From assembly GCF_036323395.1 (NCBI RefSeq), contig NZ_AP028907.1, forward strand, positions 2,130,001 to 2,162,000: a stretch of DNA of 32,000 nt, in the 5' to 3' direction. The first letter of the stretch is position 1; every line of letters begins with the position of its first letter. The translations under genes and the position numbers were made by a program. The notes beneath the pieces are model-generated. The model saw nothing but the letters and a program-made list of their open reading frames with translations, was not told the origin of the DNA and did no database searches. Shown one piece after another: positions 13,878-23,100 of this stretch. Source of the DNA: Pyrodictium abyssi (GTDB lineage: Archaea; Thermoproteota; Thermoprotei_A; Sulfolobales; Pyrodictiaceae).

Positions 13878-14300
13878 CTAGTAGCCGGACTTTATACGGG
13901 TCCTCTTGCCCAGAAGCTCGCTCAGTATACGCTCGTAGACCTCCTTAGCGTTGCCGAGCCTACGCTCGTCACGCCTGGGTATACGCACCACGTACTCGAT
14001 ACTACCATCGGGCAGCCACAGCGTGTTCACACCAAGTATCCTCACAGGGTACAGCAGATGCGTAGCAAGTCCACGGACATCGTTAGCCTTGGGTATCACG
14101 CGGACCTTCCTGCCAAGCTTCTCGCGGAGCCGCTGCTCGATCTCCCTAGCATACCTCGAGAACACCGGCACACTGGTGCCCACGCCCAGGTCCATCACGA
14201 TGATTACCATGTCGTCGTCTATAAAGTACGCCTTGTGGTAGGTAGCCTTCTTCAGCGTCTGCAGGCCCTCGCTCTCCTCCAGCTCTATCAGTGCCTTCAT
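13878..14300 (-). CDS. Conserved crenarchaeal-type protein with KH-like segment
   Basis: 140 aa, well-formed; segment EIEQRLREKLGRKVRVIPKANDVRGLATHLL resembles KH-type cores, but family not assigned. Confidence 0.5.
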   Translation of the reverse strand: MKALIELEESEGLQTLKKATYHKAYFIDDDMVIIVMDLGVGTSVPVFSRYAREIEQRLREKLGRKVRVIPKANDVRGLATHLLYPVRILGVNTLWLPDGSIEYVVRIPRRDERRLGNAKEVYERILSELLGKRTRIKSGY

Positions 14301-14679
14301 AACCTCTACTTCGCGCTCGTCGACAGAACCACTCTCTATAAGGCCCTCACAGCGCGGGCAAAGAACACCGCTCTTAACACAGACGTAGTCGAGCGGTATC
14401 TGTACCGAGACCCATCACCTCCCCCGATACACTGCTCTTAAACGCCACGACACATTGGCCGACCATCCGCCCATAGCCATGGCAAGCATAGTCCAGCCAG
14501 AGCCGCCAGGGGCGGAGAGCGCCCCCAGCCCCAGGGCCACTTCACATAGCCTATGGCGAGCGGGAGGCACCCCTCCCTATATAATCCTATCCAGGAGACC
14601 CCTCGCCAGCACCCGCAAACCTTATAAAACCATCCAGCCGACACCCATCCGCATGGCTGAGACCCTCCAGCCGGAGGGT

Positions 14680-14936
<257 letters not shown>

Positions 14937-15235
14937 GGTTTACACCTATGCTCCGCCGATATGTAGTTAACAGGTAGTTAGAGGCTCCTGTCAGGCCGTA
15001 ATGTCGACGCAGCACAGCGAGATTCTCTATACTCTCTAGAGGTGCTGGATTCCATGCTAGAGACCTCTATGGGCCTCTATACCTGGTGGTGGTGACAGGC
15101 TTATCCGCCTGCCAGGGTGTCTAGGGTCTACGAGGGGCCGCGGGCTCCAGGGCCAGCCGCAACGAGCCTCGCTTATGGGCTCTGTGCCTCGGATCCTGCC
15201 GCGCCCATCATCCCCGCGGCCCTTCCCCACCCCTC

Positions 15236-15409
15236 CTAGGGCTTGTAGATGAATAGGCCCTTCTTGCTACCCTTCTCGTGGAGCTCGACTACTAGCCTGT
15301 CTCCTGGTTGCCAGCCTAGTAGCTCGACTAGATCCTTTGGCAGGGTGATCTCGTAGCTGTGGTAGCCTGGCTTGGTCCGCTTAGCTCTTAGCCTCACTGT
15401 GCCCGTCAA
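15236..15409 (-). CDS. AbrB/SpoVT-like DNA-binding protein (antitoxin or regulator)
   Basis: Core YEITLPKDLVELLGWQPGDRLVVELHEKG is a typical swapped-hairpin AbrB motif; TTG 15409 or GTG 15397 start preferred over 15496, because the promoter lies within the longer ORF. Confidence 0.65.
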   Translation of the reverse strand: MTGTVRLRAKRTKPGYHSYEITLPKDLVELLGWQPGDRLVVELHEKGSKKGLFIYKP

Positions 15410-15428
15410 GACTGCTTCTACCCAGTTT

Positions 15429-15483
15429 CTGAGCAGAGTAAGAGGAGAAGATTTAAATTTGAGTCTGCTCAGATTCTGTTCAG
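15429..15483. promoter_or_regulatory. Palindromic TATA flanked by inverted and direct TCTG(C/T)TCAG operator-like repeats
   Basis: CTGAGCAGA 15429-15437; ATTTAAATTT 15451-15460; TCTGCTCAG 15464-15472; TCTGTTCAG 15475-15483. Confidence 0.6.
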
Positions 15484-15522
15484 AATTGGAGGACACACGT
15501 CCGTGCCGGGAGTGTTCTGGGC

Positions 15523-15843
15523 TTGGAGTGGGTCCACGTATCCGACCTCGTGGATGGTAGGCATGTAGACCATGACTTTATTCCGAGGATGCTGGCCTAC
15601 ATCGAGGCGAAGACTGTCTACGAGACTCTGAGCAAGGTACTCGGGCTACTCTACAAGGCCAAGGAGCGTGGCCTAGTGGACCAGAAGCTAGTGGACACTG
15701 TGGCCGACTGGCTGAGCGAGGTCGAGCACGAGTACAGGTTCTACGCTGACCAGGTAGATCCATGGTACAGGGGTGTGCGAGAGACCGTGGAGAGGCTAAC
15801 CGAGAAGCAGCAGGCGGAGAGCAAGGGGGCCGAGAGTGCCTAG
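15523..15843 (+). CDS. Hypothetical helical protein
   Basis: 106-aa ORF divergent from the AbrB-like gene; TTG start; coding-like composition; no recognised domain. Confidence 0.5.
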   Translation: MEWVHVSDLVDGRHVDHDFIPRMLAYIEAKTVYETLSKVLGLLYKAKERGLVDQKLVDTVADWLSEVEHEYRFYADQVDPWYRGVRETVERLTEKQQAESKGAESA

Positions 15844-15849
15844 GGCGGC

Positions 15850-16197
15850 GTGGCCATGGTGTTCCTGGCTCTGCCTGAGTGCGAGGAGCCCGACAGGCTG
15901 CTGGCAGCGCTGCAGGCGGCGGAGATAATGGGCGCCCTAGAGGTCATAGAGACGCTGCTGTACAACCGCGACAAGCTGGGCCTGCCAGAAGAGCTCGTCA
16001 AGGCGCTGGACGAGACCATGGTTATGCTCCAGGAGCAGCTACGCGCACTAGTATGGCCAGCCAGTACAGCCACCACGTACCTAGAAGACGGAGACCAGCG
16101 AGAAGACCGAGACAACGATACCGGCTGCTACCCAGGTATCCGAGATAACCGAGGAGGCGAAGAAGACAGCGGAGAGCATCATGTAGCCAGAAGGTAG
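15850..16197 (+). CDS. Hypothetical helical protein
   Basis: 115-aa ORF 6 nt after the preceding ORF; N-terminal 70 aa helical-looking, C-terminal part low-complexity polar. Confidence 0.45.
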   Translation: MAMVFLALPECEEPDRLLAALQAAEIMGALEVIETLLYNRDKLGLPEELVKALDETMVMLQEQLRALVWPASTATTYLEDGDQREDRDNDTGCYPGIRDNRGGEEDSGEHHVARR

Positions 16198-16473
16198 ACC
16201 TCCCTGTGGTCGGCGAGATGTCCCTATGCACCCTAGCCGTCATAAGGACTAGTAGTAGTCATCGTAGCAGTAGTGGCTAGGAAGAGGTAGACGCGTAGAG
16301 GGAGGCCTCCGTGGCCCCCTGTCACCCGCACACTGTTTTCTCGCTCCTCCGGCCCAGCCCCGGTAGCGTAGCAGCCGGGCGCTATAGAAGGGGCATGACG
16401 CGAGCTATTCTACCCCTGCGGCTTTAATCCCTCGCCCATGGCTCCACCCGAAGCATAAGATACGGGGGACGTA

Positions 16474-17703
16474 GTGGAGGATATACTGGAGGAGATATTC
16501 GAGCGCGTCGTGGAGTCCAAGATATTCCGTAACCGCGACATATTGAGCCCGGACTATATCCCGGAGAAGCTGCCGCACAGGGAGAACGAGATAAGGAAGG
16601 TAGCCAGCGTCCTGGCGCAGGCGCTGAAGAACAGCCGGCCCAACAACCTCTTCATCTACGGGCTGACGGGGACCGGTAAGACTGCCGTCACGCTCTACGT
16701 GCTACGGAGGCTAGAGGCTAAGGCCCGGCAGCTCGGCGTAGACGTGCGCTACGCCTACGTTAACACGCGGCAGAGGGATACGCCCTACAAGGTGCTCGCA
16801 GACATAGCCTCCAGCATCGGGCTACGGGTGCCCTTCACGGGGCTGTCAACGGCGGAGGTCTATACGCGGCTGGTCCGCGCTCTCTCCCGGCGTAGCGGCG
16901 TGCTCATAGTGGTGCTGGACGAGGTCGACTGGCTCGTCAGGAGGAAGGGCGACGACATACTCTACAAGCTGACCCGTATAGGCTACGAGCTGCCGGCGGG
17001 CTCGACAAAGGTGTCTATAGTCGGGATAACGAACGACGTGAAGTTTGTAGAGATGCTCGACGCCCGGGTCCGGAGCAGCCTAGGCGAGGAGGAGGTCGTG
17101 TTCCCGCCCTACAACGCTGAACAGCTCCGCGATATACTCTGGGAGAGGGCACGGGAGGCCTTCCAGCCCGGCGCCGTGGACGAGGCGGTGATAAGCTACT
17201 GCGCGGCCCTCGCGGCCCGCGAGCACGGCGACGCCCGCCGCGCACTGGACCTGCTCCGCGTAGCCGGGGAGATGGCTGAGCGCGAGAACGCGCCACGCGT
17301 CGCAGTAGAGCACGTCAAGAAGGCGTGGATGCAGCTAGAGAGGGACCGCGTCTACGAGGTCGTCTCCACGCTGCCGCTCCACGCACGGCTCGTGCTGGTA
17401 GCCGTGATAAAGGCGGCTGGCACAGGCTACACGACGACGGGCGAGCTCTACAGCGTTTACAGGGGGCTGGCCTCGAGGATAGGCGTGGAGAGCGTAACCC
17501 AGCGCAGAATAAGCGACATCATAAACGAGCTAGACATGCTCGGCATACTCTCAGCGCGCGTCGTAAGCCGCGGCCGCTACGGCAAGACCAGGATGATAAG
17601 CCTAGCAGCAGACCCCGAGACAGTAGTAGAGGCGCTGGCCAGGGATACCCGTCTACGCCAGCTACTCGGGGACATAGCCATGCCCCAGGCGGGGAGCAGC
17701 TAG
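16474..17703 (+). CDS. cdc6: Orc1/Cdc6 replication initiator
   Basis: LPHRENEIRKVASVLAQAL, NLFIYGLTGTGKTAV, VLIVVLDEVDWLV, HGDARRALDLLRVAGEMAE and C-terminal wHTH; GTG start. Confidence 0.92.
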   Translation: MEDILEEIFERVVESKIFRNRDILSPDYIPEKLPHRENEIRKVASVLAQALKNSRPNNLFIYGLTGTGKTAVTLYVLRRLEAKARQLGVDVRYAYVNTRQRDTPYKVLADIASSIGLRVPFTGLSTAEVYTRLVRALSRRSGVLIVVLDEVDWLVRRKGDDILYKLTRIGYELPAGSTKVSIVGITNDVKFVEMLDARVRSSLGEEEVVFPPYNAEQLRDILWERAREAFQPGAVDEAVISYCAALAAREHGDARRALDLLRVAGEMAERENAPRVAVEHVKKAWMQLERDRVYEVVSTLPLHARLVLVAVIKAAGTGYTTTGELYSVYRGLASRIGVESVTQRRISDIINELDMLGILSARVVSRGRYGKTRMISLAADPETVVEALARDTRLRQLLGDIAMPQAGSS

Positions 17704-17776
17704 TAGGCTCTACAGGGGCATAGCCCCTCAACCCTAATAAGTCCCCTCCGGGCGCTCTAGCCAGAGTCTCCATGGA

Positions 17777-17850
17777 GGGCCGGTAGCTCAGCCTGGCAGA
17801 GCGGCGGGCTTTTAACCCGTTGGTCCCGGGTTCGAATCCCGGCCGGCCCG
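17777..17850 (+). tRNA. tRNA-Lys(TTT)
   Basis: Acceptor GGGCCGG/CCGGCCC, anticodon stem-loop GCGGG-CTTTTAA-CCCGT (anticodon TTT), T arm CCGGG-TTCGAAT-CCCGG, discriminator G; CCA not encoded. Confidence 0.95.
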
Positions 17851-17917
17851 CTACATGCCTGGCCGGCGCAGGTGTCCACTATCGGGCCGCCGGCCCTCCA
17901 CCCATCGCGTCCTCCGG

Positions 17918-18817
17918 CTAACCTATCCTCGCCCGCCAGGCCACCCCCTCCCCGGCGGCGACCGGCTCGGCGAGGCCCTCACGCTCCAGCCACGCGAGCA
18001 CCGAGGCCAGCGCGGTCCGATTTAGGAGCAGCTGCCGCGGCGTAGGCTCGGCAGAACCCAGCGAGACCGTGGCAAGATATGCTAGCCGGTCCAGGGTAAC
18101 GGGCTTCTCTCGTAGCTTCTCCAGCACGAAGCCCCGGACACGCTCCACCGCAGCGAGGTTCGCGTCTACCATGGAGACGGCGCGGCGCCCACGCGCCACG
18201 GGACCATGGCCCGGGACCAGTGTGTAGCCCTCCTCGGCGAGTTCCCGTAGCTTCTCGAGGCTTCTAGCCCACTCCTCGAGGTCGGCGGCGAAAGGCACGC
18301 CGAACCTGGCTAGCACGCGCTCCCCGAGCACAGCATCCCCAGCGGCAACCACCATGGACTCGTCGTCAACCACGCCCATGTGGCCGGGCGTGTGGCCGGG
18401 CAGAGCCAGGGCCCGGAGCCCGCCAGGGAGGCTGCCCCCGGGCTCGACGGGCTTGTCCACCTTTACCTCGGCTAGCGGCATCGAGGCTAGCTGCTCGGAG
18501 ACGAGGCCCCCGTACACGGCTAGGCGGCGGAGAACGCTGGACTCCACTAGGCCGAGGCAGAGCCGCGGAGCGTAGACCGGGGCCTCTAGCCCGGCGGCTG
18601 CCGCCAGGTGGTCGCTGTGGCCATGGGTGAGCACTAGGGCCTCTAGCCCTAGGCCTAGCTCCTCCAGGGCTCTGAGGATCCGGGTGCTACGGTCCTCGCC
18701 GATACCCGGGTCGACCACCACGGCCCGGCCGGAGTCCGCTACTATCACCGTGTTAGGGCTCCCCGGAAGGAGGTAGACGCGCCCAGCTATCCTACGTAGC
18801 CCCTGCATACCGAGCAA
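17918..18817 (-). CDS. MBL-fold metallohydrolase (LACTB2/glyoxalase-II-like)
   Basis: VVDPGIGED, LVLTHGHSDHLAAA, LPGHTPGHMGV, VPGHGPV. Confidence 0.85.
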   Translation of the reverse strand: MLGMQGLRRIAGRVYLLPGSPNTVIVADSGRAVVVDPGIGEDRSTRILRALEELGLGLEALVLTHGHSDHLAAAAGLEAPVYAPRLCLGLVESSVLRRLAVYGGLVSEQLASMPLAEVKVDKPVEPGGSLPGGLRALALPGHTPGHMGVVDDESMVVAAGDAVLGERVLARFGVPFAADLEEWARSLEKLRELAEEGYTLVPGHGPVARGRRAVSMVDANLAAVERVRGFVLEKLREKPVTLDRLAYLATVSLGSAEPTPRQLLLNRTALASVLAWLEREGLAEPVAAGEGVAWRARIG

Positions 18818-18880
18818 AACACCAAGTGTGATGGAGGAGAGCCTAGAGGCAGCTCTGGTTTAAAAAGGGTGGGCCGTCTG

Positions 18881-19342
18881 CTAGGCCTGCTTCTTGGCGG
18901 CTGTGCAGGCGCCGAGGTTCTTGGCTATCGCCAGTAGTAGGCCGAGGCCGCGCTGCACGTCGCGGTCCCGTAGCGCTCCCAGCATGCCGAGGAGGCCTAC
19001 AGGCTTCGCCTCGGCCGGGTCCACGGCTGCTATGGACCTTAGTGTGCACTCGGTGAGCTTCTCGATGTTCTGCTTAGCGGCTACCATCTCCTCGGGCTTG
19101 AGCCTGGTTATCCCGCGGGTGGCTCCGTCGGCTAGCGCGCTAGCGCGGTGTATTGCCGGGTCGTTGCCTATCAGTGCTAGTAGCTCGCTGCTACGCTCGG
19201 CTACTATCCTCAGTAGGTCGAGTATGCCGCTCTCCTTGAGGTATACTGCTACCTCCATCAGCGTCTCGAGGGCCTTCATGCTCTCTTCGTCGAAGTTTAG
19301 GGGCTCTTCGCGCATCAGCGCCTGGGTCAAGGCTATGTACAC
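18881..19342 (-). CDS. DUF1641 domain-containing protein
   Basis: KPVGLLGMLGALRDRDVQRGLGLLLAIAKNLGA is typical of DUF1641; downstream of SQR-like gene, a recurrent pairing. Confidence 0.75.
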   Translation of the reverse strand: MYIALTQALMREEPLNFDEESMKALETLMEVAVYLKESGILDLLRIVAERSSELLALIGNDPAIHRASALADGATRGITRLKPEEMVAAKQNIEKLTECTLRSIAAVDPAEAKPVGLLGMLGALRDRDVQRGLGLLLAIAKNLGACTAAKKQA

Positions 19343-19357
19343 CCCTCGCGTCTCATG

Positions 19358-20536
19358 CTACTTGAGCGCGGCTATCCAGGACTTGTAGAAAGCCTCCTTC
19401 ATGAGCCTCACTATGGGCGACGTTGACACAGTGTAGCAGACGAACTTCCTGCGGCCGGTGGACTCGTCGTAGCATATCTCGCACGTGCCAGCGAACCCCG
19501 AGGTGCCGAAGTAGCCTACACACGTCATGGTCTTGACGTAGCCTGGTACCGGGTAGCCTCCGGCGACCTCGCTCGCTATCTGCTCCGCGGCGTACTCCGC
19601 GGCGAAGTGCACGGGTATACCTGCTGTCGGCAGGCCTACGGCTGGCATTGAGTGCTCGCCGACCATGAACACGTCGTCGTACTCGGGGTGGCGGAAGTCC
19701 TTGGCCCGTGCGGGCGCCCAGCGCGGGTCGCCCTTGAGCTGGAAGCCCTCGCTCTTTGCTAGCGCGTCAGGAAGCCGGCTAGGCGGCACCTTTATCAGCA
19801 GGTCGTAGCGCTCCTCCACGTTGCCTGCACGGACCACCTTCTTCTCCCCGTCGATCTCCTGCACGCCGTTGTGCTGTACCATCTCTACGCCTAGCTCGTC
19901 CATCTTCTCCTTCCAGACCCTCGATATGTCGGGGCCTAGAGGGGTCAGCGGCCTAGCCTCCCGCGTCATAAGCACGATCTCTGCCTTCACCCCGCGGTTC
20001 CTCATGGTCTCAGCGAGCTGTGTAGCAGCCTCGTAGGGGTACATGCCACAACGGTGGGGAGTCTCCGGGACGAGCAATACTATGCGGCCGCCCCGGAACT
20101 GGGCCAGCTCCCTAGCCATCTCCATGGCTCCTTCGAGCGTGTAGTTGTGGACACCGTTCTCCGCTAGGCCCGGGTAAGCCTCCCAGCCGTAGCGCACACC
20201 GAGGCTAACCACGAGGTAGTCGTAGTCCAGTTTCCCGTTCTTCTCGGTCTCGACGACGCGGTTAGCAGCATCTATCCTGACTGCCTTGTCTATTATCACG
20301 CGGGGGCCGAACTTCCGGCCTATGTTCTCGACAGGGGCGCGCGTCTCATCCGGGGTAGCTGTGTTGAAGGCTACGTCTGCGAAGAGGGGCTGGAACTCGT
20401 GCCACGGGCTAGCAGTGAGCAGTGTTACCTCGAGATCCAGCTTCTGCTTCCTCGCGGCCTCGGCGAGCTTACGGGCGGCTATGTAGCCGCCCGTCCCGCC
20501 GCCTAGCACGAGTACACGCTTGCCCAAGTTGTTCAC
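19358..20536 (-). CDS. Sulfide:quinone oxidoreductase-like FAD/NAD(P)-dependent oxidoreductase
   Basis: VLVLGGGTGGYIAARKLAE Rossmann, DYDYLVVSLG, FMVGEHSMPAVGLPTAGIPVHFAAEYAAE, PHRCGMYPYEAA redox-Cys region. Confidence 0.82.
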   Translation of the reverse strand: MNNLGKRVLVLGGGTGGYIAARKLAEAARKQKLDLEVTLLTASPWHEFQPLFADVAFNTATPDETRAPVENIGRKFGPRVIIDKAVRIDAANRVVETEKNGKLDYDYLVVSLGVRYGWEAYPGLAENGVHNYTLEGAMEMARELAQFRGGRIVLLVPETPHRCGMYPYEAATQLAETMRNRGVKAEIVLMTREARPLTPLGPDISRVWKEKMDELGVEMVQHNGVQEIDGEKKVVRAGNVEERYDLLIKVPPSRLPDALAKSEGFQLKGDPRWAPARAKDFRHPEYDDVFMVGEHSMPAVGLPTAGIPVHFAAEYAAEQIASEVAGGYPVPGYVKTMTCVGYFGTSGFAGTCEICYDESTGRRKFVCYTVSTSPIVRLMKEAFYKSWIAALK

Positions 20537-20718
20537 CAGAGGTATGCGAGTACTGCGGATATCGCAGGCTCCTCATCATCTATAAGGAGCTTCACCTAGT
20601 AAATTGTTTCTCTCAATTGCAACATACTATAGTGTATAGTGTATAAGGGGGCAAAGATAATATCGCAGAGATAATGTCCCGGGGCGGCGGCCGCCGAGGG
20701 GCAGGCCAAGAAGCCGGC

Positions 20719-21366
20719 CTATAAGGGGCCTAGAGCCCTGGAGAGCATGGACGCGGCACGGTGGGCCGTGAAGAGGGGCTCCGGGTGCCTAGTGAAGAGC
20801 TGCAGTCTGCAGACGAGCCTCCAGGCATAGCTATAGTCGGCGCCGTACGGCGCTACCAGGAGGCTCCCCCGGCTACACTCGACGCGCCGGAGCCTAGCCC
20901 AGACATCCTCGAGGATGGCTAGCCTCTTCCTCCAGTCGGGGAAGTGGAGCCTCAGAGCCCTCTCCACAGCCTCGCGGCGCGGCGGGTACCAGTAGACGAC
21001 TACGACCGGCAGCCCGAGCCGGTGCTGGAGCCCGGCCGGGTCGAGGATGTTAAAGCCAGCGAACACCACGGTATCCGTCAGCAGCGCCTCCAAGCCCAGC
21101 CCCTCGGCCTGGGCCCGCCGGGCAAGCCTCTCAGCAACCTCTGTGGCGTCAAGCCCATCCACCTCCACCGTGTCGAGCAGTAACCGGCAGGGGCACAGCT
21201 CCCCGCCGTGCCAGCAGTGCACAGCGAGAACCATGAGCGCGCGGCTCCAGCCCCTCTCGAAGAACCCGTCATCGAGCCCCGCCACACAGCGCTCCATGGA
21301 CCCTGGCACGCTCCCGTAAGCCCTGGATAACTTCCGGGAGTCAGCGGCTATAGCGCCTCGGGCCAA
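20719..21366 (-). CDS. DUF99 family protein (endonuclease V-related)
   Basis: VEVDGLDATEVAERLA...LLTDTVVFAGFNILDPAGLQHRLGLPVVVVYWYPPRREAVERALRLHFPDWRKRLAIL matches DUF99 architecture. Confidence 0.8.
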   Translation of the reverse strand: MARGAIAADSRKLSRAYGSVPGSMERCVAGLDDGFFERGWSRALMVLAVHCWHGGELCPCRLLLDTVEVDGLDATEVAERLARRAQAEGLGLEALLTDTVVFAGFNILDPAGLQHRLGLPVVVVYWYPPRREAVERALRLHFPDWRKRLAILEDVWARLRRVECSRGSLLVAPYGADYSYAWRLVCRLQLFTRHPEPLFTAHRAASMLSRALGPL

Positions 21367-21554
21367 GGAACCAGGCCGGGATGGCGCGCGAGTCTATATG
21401 GACTACTAGCGGCGGGTTGACGGTCTTCTACTCTACTACATCAAGGGCTCAGCACAGCTGGACCTTTGCCAAGTCCTTCTCACGGTAGAATGCTTAATAG
21501 TGTCGAGGGCCTAGTATATGGTGCAGGAGGAGGCGCCGTTAAGCGTCTGCCTCT

Positions 21555-22160
21555 GTGCGTCTTGGGTTTAGGGTGGGCTGGCTGGAGGTCGCGAAGAGGG
21601 TATACCGTGACCCGGCTTCCTTCGCCTTTACGGTGGTCTTCCCCTTGTCTGTTGTATCCTGGATGCTGCTGAGAGCCTACATCGGGGGCGGCTGGGAGGC
21701 TGTCCGCTCCCTTCTCTCCGGGGGAGGCGGGCTCGCGGCCATAGCCCTCCTCCTGCTAGTCCCGTTTGCCCCGCTGATCGCTGCGTGGCTCGCCTCGCTC
21801 GCCGGCGGGGGCAGCTACGGCTACCTGGTGGAGGACGGGTGTATCCGGTTCTTCATCCTGAGGGCCTACACTGTGCCCCTAGACGAGGCGGAGATAAGGC
21901 TCGTCCCGCTGAGGGAGGTCAGGCCGCTACCTCTAAAGCACGGGGTGCGGCTGAGCGGCTTCGCCGTCCGGGGCCTCCATATAGGCTACTCCCTCCTCGC
22001 TGGCAGCAGGCCGGGCCACGTATTCATCTACGAGCCCGGCGACAAGGCCCTCCTAGTGCTGCACCACGGAAGGAGATTCGTCATAGCCCATCCCGGCGTC
22101 GAGAACGTATACGAGGCACTGCTCAAGCTCCGGGCTGTGAGACCTAGGCTAGCTTTATAG
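21555..22160 (+). CDS. Predicted membrane protein with possible PH-like C-terminal domain
   Basis: Two hydrophobic segments (SFAFTVVFPLSVVSWMLL; LAAIALLLLVPFAPLIAAWLASLAG), then beta-rich C-terminus. Confidence 0.6.
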   Translation: MRLGFRVGWLEVAKRVYRDPASFAFTVVFPLSVVSWMLLRAYIGGGWEAVRSLLSGGGGLAAIALLLLVPFAPLIAAWLASLAGGGSYGYLVEDGCIRFFILRAYTVPLDEAEIRLVPLREVRPLPLKHGVRLSGFAVRGLHIGYSLLAGSRPGHVFIYEPGDKALLVLHHGRRFVIAHPGVENVYEALLKLRAVRPRLAL

Positions 22161-22259
22161 TGGTATGTGGCCTAGCGTCCCCCTTTAGCCTGGTGCACTC
22201 TCGCGTGCTTTGTCGTGCTGCTGTAGAGCTTGGGATACTAGGATGCATGAAAAGCATAA

Positions 22260-22545
22260 ATGAAGTCGCAATCTGTACTTCTAGCTTGGTGCCATCTATT
22301 GGCATTGGTGAGGGATAGGAGGACTATCGTGCTCGACGAGGAGGTAGCTGATAGGCTGGGCCTAAGCCCCGGGGAGAGGCTCCAGGTAGAGGCTGTCGGG
22401 GGACACGGTAATCATTCTGAGGAGCAGCAAGGAAGTCAGCCAGGAGAAGGTAAAGCAGCTTCTCGAAAAGCTCCGAAAGGGTATCCCCCTAGGAGTGAGC
22501 AGGGATGACCTTAGCCGCGAGAGAATCTACTCTGATAGGGCTTGA
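22260..22545 (+). pseudogene. AbrB/VapB-type antitoxin with apparent +1 frameshift
   Basis: VRDRRTIVLDEEVADRLGLSPGERLQVEAVG then, after removing one G from the G5 run 22398-22402, DTVIILRSSKEVSQEKVKQLLEKLRKGIPLGVSRDDLSRERIYSDRA*. Confidence 0.75.
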
Positions 22546-22937
22546 TACGAACATTCTTGTCTACGCACTTGACAGTCTCGCTGGCGAGAAACACAGTATC
22601 GCAGTGGATATAATGGAGGACATGCTACTCAACCCAGACAAGTATGCGATCTCGATACAGAACTTCTCTGAACTCGTGTACGTCGTTAAGAGGAAGCTAC
22701 CTAGCCAGCTGGGTCTAGCAATAGAGCTAATAGAGGCAATTGCGGCGGCTGGCGTAAGGATACTCTACTATACGCCTGCCGAGGTTATACAGGCAGCCCG
22801 TTACCCGCGTAAACGTTTCTGGGAACATGCTCCTCGCATACACGTACCTTAATAGCGGTGTCAACACTATCCTCACAGAGAATGTGGACGACTTTGCCGG
22901 CGTTATCAAGGCTGTAAACCCCTTTCAGAGAGCATAG
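22505..22937 (+). pseudogene. VapC-like PIN toxin with apparent +1 frameshift near its 3' end
   Basis: IGLDTNILVYALDSLAGEKHS...YPRKRFWE then MLLAYTYLNSGVNTILTENVDDFAGVIKAVNPFQRA* after skipping one base around 22826. Confidence 0.8.
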
Positions 22938-23100
22938 GGCGTCGTCTAGGAAACGCGAGTAGAGTCTACGGGCTCTAAAGCCAGCCCGCCGCTATAGCAG
23001 GGCTTGATGGCTGGCCACATGGTCCTCCCCGGCGTATGCCCTTGGTTTCACTTACTGTATTCCCCAGCCAATAACCCTAAACAAGGGGGCTCTACTTGCT

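Noticed and set aside
14438-14644. 68-aa ORF MSAGWFYKVCGCWRGVSWIGLYREG...
   Set aside because: Lies antisense to the tRNA-Ala upstream region with TATA-like sequences; no coding-like features or domain.
16198-16473. Replication origin with ORB repeats upstream of cdc6
   Set aside because: Looked for inverted ORB-like elements (TTCCA..GAAAC / G-string) and saw none by eye; a motif scan and GC-skew analysis would be needed.
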